From the NCBI RefSeq assembly GCF_963921235.1, contig NC_086108.1:79982001-80046000 (forward strand): a stretch of DNA of 64,000 bases, read 5' to 3'. Both the position numbers and the translations under genes were made by a program. Positions 53,501 to 62,500 of this stretch are shown here, one piece after another. The number at the start of each line of letters is the position of its first letter. Position 1 is the stretch's first letter. The notes beneath the pieces are model-generated. The model made no database searches and was not told where the DNA came from. It saw only the letters and a list, made by a program, of their open reading frames with translations. The DNA is from Mobula hypostoma. Lineage: Eukaryota.

Positions 53501-56500
53501 CCATCCACAATTCCTCCAATCTTCGGGTCATCCACAAACTTACTCACCCATCCTTCCGCCTCTTCATCCAGGTCATTTATAAAAATGACAAAGAGCAGGG
53601 GTCCCAGCACAGATCCTTGCGGCACTCCACTAGTCACCGACCTCCAGGCAGAATACAGGCAGAGGCACTACTACCCTCTGCTTTCTTCCTGTAAGCCAAT
53701 TTTTTAATCCAAACAGCCAAGGTTCCATTGATCCCATGCTTCATGACTTTCTAGATGAGTCTCTTGTGGGGTGACCTTGTCAAATGCCTTGCTAAAATCC
53801 ATGTAGACCACATCTACCACCCTACCCTCATCAATTTCTTTTGTTACCTCTTCAAAAAACTCAATTAGGCTCGTGAGGCACAACTTTCCCTTCGCAAAGC
53901 CATGTTGACTATCCTTGAGTAGACTGTACTTCTCCAAATGCTCGTAGACTGAAATGTAAAAGTTTCAAATTATTTCACTCCTTGTCATTGCCTGTTAGCA
54001 TGTCCAAATGTATTTGACCCACAAACTGGAGTCATCCTCCACTTTCCACATAACAGACTATATAGTGAGACACATGCAAAGGCAATCAGAAACTTAGCAG
54101 AAGAGAAACTGTGGCAAGATCCAAAATAAGAACAAAAACAGAACTGAGACAAGTAGGTATTCAAATATAAAGCATATTAACTAACATACTGATAAACCCC
54201 AATAATGGCGTATTATGTAATTCACCTAATTCTTTTTCATCAATAGCATGGGCAAGGAATTAAGTTATACCGTTGATTAATTATTATTATAAGACACAGG
54301 AGCTGAACTAGGCCATTCAGCCCATCAGGTCTGCACTGCCATTCCATCATGGCTGATTTATTATCCCTATCAACCCCATTCTCCTGCCTTCTCCCCAGAA
54401 CCTTTGATCTTTGCTAATCAACAACCTATCAATCTCCGCCTTCAATATACCCAATGACTTAGCCTCCACAACTGTCTGCGGCAAAGAATTCCACAGATTC
54501 ACCACCTCTGGCTAAAGAAATTACTCTCATCACTGTGACACTGTACTCAAAATTCCTGTTGTCCTATACACATCATTAACCCTTTAACATTCCTTTATAA
54601 CGTATTTACTAATTTCAAGATGATATTACCCCAGGATACAGTACTGGTCTTCCTGACGTATTTTTCCACTAAATGCACATCCACCGAAACTCAGCAACAA
54701 GCATGTAGCACCTTAATGCTGTTACATTTCTAGAGAGGTTCTGGAAAATTAAACAATTATAGAGAGCATAAAATGAATAAGCTATCATCAATCAACCTTT
54801 CTTATACGACAGCACAAAAGTTAAACACTTTTGCAGGTCTGACCAAGAATGGTGGAATGCGGCTCCTCCAGACAGTTTTCTTGTGTCAGCTGCACAAAGG
54901 AGGAGACACTGACCATGAAGGACACCATGCGTTTATTCTGAGCAAAGGGGAATCTGCAAGTAGGTGAATTGCTGGAGAATTGAAGGGCCTGTTCTAGCAG
55001 TAAACTCATAAATCTCATTTGTAAGAGGAATCACCACGAAAACTTTATCAAACTGCCTGAAGAACAGTTCAGGAGCAACCTGGTACTTTTAAAATTCCGA
55101 TGCAGTAGAGCAAAGGAAATAAAAACAAATTGTTAATTTGTTACCGGTAGCTCATAAGCAAGTTGTCTAATGAAATCTTATATGCCCAACCTTGTTAAGG
55201 AGCAAGGAAAAAGGATTTTTAAAAAATGAGGAAATCAAGCTTTTACAGGGCATTTTTAAAGTAAATGCAAACCACAATGTTATTTTTGAAAAATTCTACC
55301 AGTGTTCCTTAAAGGGTTAACGTAAGTTGTGCCGTCTTGCAAATGCAGCTTATTAAACAAAAAGATGCAGTGCTTTAGAACATAAAAGTAAGAACAGCTG
55401 CTCTTCCCCATGGTGTTGTTTCTAGAGAGGAAAAAAAAACTTTTTTTTGAAAAAAGCAAGATGAAAGAATTAGGAGAGGTATCAGACTCTTCTTTATTCT
55501 TTTTCCAACTGCTGTGGAAATCTTGTGTGCAAACAGGTGGGTAAACTTTAATGGCATTCAGGTTTCGTAAGAGAGGTTCCCTTTATTGTTGAATGGAGTC
55601 CAGGAACAGTCTAGGACCACACACACACACACATACACACACACATACATAACTCCATGCTGGGTCAATAGCTCAAAATGGCGTAAATTTCACACACTAC
55701 ATCTGCTCCCGGGAGCAAGACTGCAGAAACTTTTCGGGGGAATGGTGGGGAGTCAAGAGCAGGTTTATAAAGGTTTGGAGTGTGAAAACTAAATTGAACA
55801 CATGGCCCTGAACTGCCTGAATTAGAGGGAGATGGGAGAGTCGTAGGAAGCACGGCACACAGGAGAAGGAAGAAAGTCATGGAGAGAGACAAAAAAAACC
55901 TCAAAGGTAGCAATTACCATACAACTGTTAAAATAAAAACAGCAATGTGGGGGAGACTGGAAAAATAAGAAAGGAGGAGCTCGGTTAAGAGACAGAAGAA
56001 GGACAGATAAGTGCGTTCACAGTTAAAGTAGACAAATTGGTTGTGTAATAAATAGCAGCTTGAAACGGCTGAAATTGAAGTCTGCGATAAACCACTCACT
56101 ACTACACTCTGAAGCTATGCTACATTTCTACCAGTAGATGACTATGTTATTGTAAATTGCATTTGGAAACATAAGCTGCTGAACATGGCTGCTTCAAGGC
56201 TGACTTAACCCTTTAAAGTCAACAACAGAATGTCTGTATCCAAATGCAATTTTCTTCCAACATTGAAAATTGTGTTTTCTTTTTTTATTTTAGGAATTTA
56301 ATTTATTAACAAGTATTTGATAATTTCAGAAACATGAGCTGTCTTATAGGTTACACTAGAGGAATTTACTTATTACAAGGCAGGAGGAGGCCAATCAGCT
56401 AATTGAATCCATTCTGGCTCTCAGCTAAAGACACGATGAGTCCCATTTCCCCTCTTAATTCCTCATAGAGCTGCAGTTTACCATTACATATCCTTCAATT

Positions 56501-59500
56501 CCGTTTTGATTTCTTAGAGCAACCTTAGCAACCTTTTCCCCCACTAATCTTTCTGCAACTATACTCTCTCAAATGCCCCTCAATTCCCTGACCACCAACA
56601 GCAGGGGTAATTTACATTAACCAATTAACCTACCAGTAAGCATGTCTTTGGGAGGTGGGAAGAAACTGGAGCACCTGCAGTCACAGGGAGAACGTGGAAA
56701 CTCCATGCAGGCTGCACCTAGAGTCAGGATCCAACTTGGAGCAGCTCTAATAACAATTGCACCAGCATGCCATAAAAATTTCATTAACTCTTTAATTATT
56801 TCATCCATGCTAAAAGCTAAGCATCTGGAGAATTGAGATAAAATTGTTTCAAAATTAAAAAGAGCTATCAACTTCTTTCAAAATAAAATTCCTTATGCTA
56901 AATTGATATCACAATGCATTATCAATGGGATTGTGCATGGTTATTGGGCCACCTTATCAATAACCAGGCCATACAATGTATGAGATAAGAGATAAAATAT
57001 TAATTAAAAGCTTAACACCAATAATAACATTGATATTTGTAATTATCATTGGAGGGTGGCCAAGTGGTTAAGGTGTTCGTCTAGTGATTCGAAGGTCGCT
57101 AGTTCGAGCCTTGGCTGAGGCAGCATGTTGTGTCCTTGAGCAAGACACTTAACCACACATTGCTCTGCGACGACACCAGTGCCAAGCTGTATGGGTCCTA
57201 ATGCCCTTCTCTTGGACAACATTGGTGGCGTGGAGAGGGGAGACTTGCAGCATGGGCAACTGCTGGTCTTCCATACAACCTTGCCCAGGCCTGCGCCCTG
57301 GAAACCTTCCAAGGTGCAAATCCATGGTCTCATGAGACTAACGGATGCCTATTATTGTAATTATTTATCTATTGATTCAGGCTGGTGCTTAAATTAGAAT
57401 TAGAAAATTGAAAATAGAGGGATAACGCTCAGAAACAGGCCCTTTGACCCACTGAGTAAATTGAACATTTTTGGAATTCATAAAGAAACTGGAACACACA
57501 GGGAAACCCCACATAGTCACAGAGAAATTGCACAGACTCTACACAGCTAGCAATGAAGATCAGGATTAAACCTGGATCTCTAGAACTGTGAGGGGGCAAG
57601 GAAAAACCCAGTTTCTGCAGACCATTGGGTTTAACATCACTGGTGGAGGTTGCCTAGAAATGACAATCAGGAACAGAATTAGCAGTCACTTAGACAAGTG
57701 TACATTGACTACCAAAAGTCAGTATACATTTGTTAAAGGCAAATCATGACTAACTAAAGAGTTTTTAAATTGAGTAACAGAGAGGATCGATGAAGAAAAT
57801 GTAGTTGATGTGGTATACATAGACTTTCAAAAGACAACTGGTAGTGTGATACATAAAAAGTTTATCTAAATTAGCCATGGAATGTGTTGACTACTGCAGT
57901 ATGGGTAGAAAACTGGCCAAATTACAGGAAACAGCAATTGTGAAGTTTTTTTTTGGACTGGATAGAAGTGTACAGAGGAGTTCATCTGCTTTTCTTCATA
58001 TACATTAATCATTTAGACTTGAGTATACAGGGTATAATTTCCAAGTTTGCCAATGATGCAAAATTTGGAAGCATAGTGAACTTTGCCTGGCCAATTGGTT
58101 AAGGCATTCGTCTGGTGATTTGAAGGTCGCTGGTTCGAGCCTCGGCTGAGGCAGCGTGTGTGTCCTTGAGCAAGGCACGTAACTACACATTGCTCTGCGA
58201 TGACACTGGTGCCAAGCTGTATGGGTCCTAACGCCCTTCCATTGGACAACATTGGTGGCGTGGAGAGGGGAGACTTGCAGCATGGGCAACTGCTGGTCTT
58301 GTGGGATCTGAGAGATCTGGAAATATATGTGTACATTTCATTAAAAGTTGCAGGACAGATTGAAAGAGTAGTAAAAAATAGGATCTGGGGTCTTAAATCC
58401 AGTCAGGGTACAGGAATTAGGTAAAAAGTCATGATATTTATTAAAGATTAATTAAGCACCCCAAAATGGAGTAAAGTGGCACATTTTAGAAAAGATATGA
58501 TGGCTTGGGAGAGAGTCCAAAAGTGATTTACTCAAGTAAAGTAACTCCAGGAAGTAAGAAAGGCCCTAGCAGTATGAATAAAACATTTGCTGATTGGAGG
58601 AGATAGGACTTCCCAAATCCACAACTCTACCAACAAGAAGGATAATGGTAACAGGCAGATGAGAACCCCACCAAATGCAGATTCCCCTCCAAGTCACATG
58701 CCATCCTGACCTGGAAATACACTGGTATCCTGTCACAATTCTAAATGCTGGAAGAGCCAATCCAACAGTATTGTGGAAGTACCATCTCCAGAAGGGCGGC
58801 ATTGGTTCAAGAAGTCTGTTCACTAACACTTCTCAACAGCAATTAGGGCTGCACGATAAATGCTGACCGTGCCAGCCGTGCCCAGATCCCCAAAAGTAAA
58901 GGACGTCATTACGTGTATAGAGGACAGAAGCTGGGATTTTTCTCCCTGTAACACAGAAGTTGTGAGAAGATCTCATGGAGATATTTAAAATCATTAAGGG
59001 GTCAGACAGTATTAACAAGAAGAAGCTACTCCTATTATTGCACCAGTCAGGGACCAAGGGATGTAGAAATTATCTGACTTTCTTTAAACTCAATGGGCAG
59101 GATCAATGGTATATTGCCAGGGGCGTTGACTGAGAAAGTTTCAACTGTGCTACCCAAATGGGAGCTGGATATGTATCTAAAAAAATGCTACAGGCAGAAG
59201 ATGAATGAGTGGGAATAACTAGATGCCTCTCATATAGAGCTAGTATGTTCTTGAGGGACTGAAAGGCCTCCTCTGAGCTCTAAGTATTCTGTGACTTTTC
59301 TCATTGTGCCCTGCTGTTCTAATACCCCTTGCTGCTCCCTGCATTGGCAGTTGCAGTGCGGACACCATCTGGAGTACACCCACAACCTGGAATAATGACG
59401 GGAATTACAACATAGGGGCTCTTTGCTAGGAAGCCAGTTAAAGGGTTTTAATGGGGCTTGAACATTTACATCTTCAGATTTCTGGATAACCGATAATTTC

Positions 59501-62500
59501 CTCTCTCTCTCCTTCAAGTACATGGAGTCAGGGAACTACTCTTGGACAACTGTTCAACTCATAAAGTTTAAACAATGCCGTGCAAATACAAGGAGTAAAC
59601 AGAACCAGTAGAGTGACAATTCACCACAGAGCACATTTATTTCACAATGATTTTCAGTTCCCATTTCTAAAGTAGTATGATCAGTTGACTCACAAATATA
59701 AATTTGAGGAAATATTACTCCATAACTCATATCTATTTCAAACCGAAATAATGTACACAAGTCCTTGTATTAATTCAACTAGCGTAATGCAAAAACCTTA
59801 ACATGTTCTGTTTTCTGATAAACAACCAGGAAAATATATCTGTATATAAAAAAATTTGCTGACTTCCAAGGTAATATTGGCAATGCAATGGAAAAGCAAT
59901 CAGAATGAGTACGGTTGCTGAGTTCCTCCAGTATTTTGTGTGTGTGTGAAGCTGAGAATGAGACTGGAATAAATGAGGTTATGGAGAGTGGAAAAAAAAC
60001 ATTTCTAGGAAGTTTGAACTTTTTGCATAATTAGGTTTGTCTAAAATGTTTGACAACCAATGTGGTCTCTAACTTCATAGAGAGAACATGACCAAAAATT
60101 TGTGCATGACAAGGTCCCAAAAAAACAAATAATGTGTTGTTCTGCAAACAGACACAAAATGCTGGAGAAACTCAGCAGGCCAGGCAGCATCTATGGAAAA
60201 AAGTACAGTCGACGTTTCAGGACAAAGGGTTTTGACCCGAAACATCGACTGTACTTTTTTCCCTAGATGCTGCCTGCCCTGCTGAGTTCTTCCAGCATTT
60301 TGTATGTGGTATTCAGATTTCCAGCATCTGCAGATTTTCTCATTTGTAATCTGTTGTTCTGGTGGTATTTGTTGGCTATATGTAGACCTGGACAAAAAGA
60401 GCAACTTCCCTGCATGTTCTTGGGATAATGCTGAAGGACCTTTCATAAACACCTGAGAGGATGGAAGGAACCTTGGTTCAGTATTGCTAATGAAGGATTG
60501 ATATACTTTGGAATAAACTATCAATGTATTTTTTGATGAGTAAACAGAGGATGCACATTGTAAATAGTTTTTTAGCATCTGCAATAAAAAGATTCATCAT
60601 TAGGGGAATTTGTCCTTAAGCACACACTACACACTTCAAAGAATTGCAGCAAAGAGTTTGGATCTAAAATAGAAGTGGTACTCGATGATAAAATTAGACA
60701 ACAAAGGTCACCTTAAAAACAAGGTTTGAGTAGAGTCAAGGGTTTCATTACCAATAGGTGGATTATAGTAAACCCAACTCTATGAACCTTTATGTGTTTT
60801 TCCTTTGTGTGTTCTCATTTGTTCTTACCTTCCACCCAAAGCTGCTCGATGTCAGTCTCAATGCTTGCAACTCTGAGGCCAACAGCAAAAGTTCCAAAGA
60901 CCAATAGACCAATGAAGAGGATCTTGCCACAATGCCGTTGGATTCTGCAGCCCAGCCTGAAGAGCAGGGCCTGGAAATGGGCTCGCAGCCACAGTGGAGC
61001 CCAGCGCCCCTCTGCCCTACCCTAAGGTGAAAAGACAAGAGCATTAGACCCAGCAGCAACTGGAAGAGAAAAGCTGAACAAGGATGGAGTGAGAGGATGG
61101 CAATGGACAGGAAACAGTAGGCGATGAGATGAAAGGAATGATAGAAGCAAGGGAAGGATGACAAGAGAGAAATCATGAGAACAGGGTAAGGCAGAGAGGG
61201 AACTTATATCAAGGTGGGAGAGAGAATGTGATGGCAAATTTTGCATATGCAGAAATGGAAGAGAGGGAAGCAAGTGGAGGAGAGACAATGGGAAAATGGC
61301 AAAATAGATAAGAGAGCAAAGCTACCAAGAGAATGGATACAAAAACAAAAAGGGATGTGTGCACAACTTTATGGATAAAATACAAAAAGCATAGAAAGCA
61401 AAAATAGTGGAGGACCGGAGAAGAGGTACGTATAGAAAAATGAAGCTAAAGGCAGTGAATGGATAAAGGGGAGAACATGTTATACCAGAACTGGCAAACA
61501 GCAAGGAAAGTTAACCTCAGAGATAATAATTGATTTGGTGTAGCAACAAGAGAAAAGCAAATGTAGAATGAAATAGTTACTATTAATGAAGAGATGTAGT
61601 TTAGGAAAAGCTAAAAAAATACTGCTGGTACTTTAAAATAGATGCTTAGAAAATCTAACAAAGTTCAATTTCTCTTGATGCCATCTGCATCATTTCCCTT
61701 TTTAGTTCCTCTCATCACAATCTCATTCTGCTTTTCTTTCACTTGATTCATTTTCAGATTTCGTCCTTCAGCATTTTCCACCACACCACGAATCTTCCGG
61801 TATCCTTTCCAATCTACTATTTCTTCTCGATCTATCATTTCGTTTCACTCCCGCTTTGCCCCTCCCTTGCCTTATTTTGTTAATGTCACACTCAGCAGTT
61901 TTAGTCAGGTGTAGATTCTTTCTTGCATCCTTTACCATCACTTTCTGCTCGCCCCCTTCATCACCCTCTTCTCTCCATCAGCCCGGCCATTCTCACTGCG
62001 TATTCTGTCCATTTGCTTCTGAGCATTTTTATCACTCTTCGTCTTTTTTTTGGTCATCTTTGCTTCCCGTCAACTCTGGACATACGTAGATTGGCGGCAC
62101 TCTAAAATTGTCAAGCTCCGCTTTACATCTGCTCCGTCTCTGCAAACTCCTCTCTCATTCGCCTCTCCCACCTTCCCCGACACACACTCCGTCACATATT
62201 CTGCGACGAGTTATCTCCATGTAGTTCAGTTAAAGAAAACCTGACACCCTTCCCTGGTTTCGACTTCAGCGATCACGGTGCCAAATTTCTAGTTAAAAAG
62301 CTCCCTGGACCCGCAACATCCCAACATCCCGGGTCAGTGGCACACTCAGGGATAACGGCGTGCTGAGGGCGCAGAAGAACACACCTGTGTACACCTTCTC
62401 ACTCGTATATCGTGTCCACACATACCACAGAGGTAGGCACAAACACATTGCGCGCACTAAACGTACCACCATCTCGTAAACCCCAGGCGGGGTATTCACC

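Noticed and set aside
52622..53950. Reverse transcriptase as an active or domesticated gene
   Set aside because: 5'-truncated, frameshifted and internally deleted; an ordinary dead CR1 copy.
35457..55650. (TG)n at 35457 and (AC)n at 55618 as intron-bridging complementary repeats
   Set aside because: Both are far from the splice sites and such microsatellites are ubiquitous.
57049..57125. tRNA-like sequence with A and B boxes
   Set aside because: SINE head: continuous with a repeated body, tail and TSD; no proper cloverleaf.
60790..61176. 128-aa minus-strand ORF overlapping exon 2
   Set aside because: Alternative frame of ptch2 exon 2 plus intronic pyrimidine tract; the real frame is defined by the splice sites.
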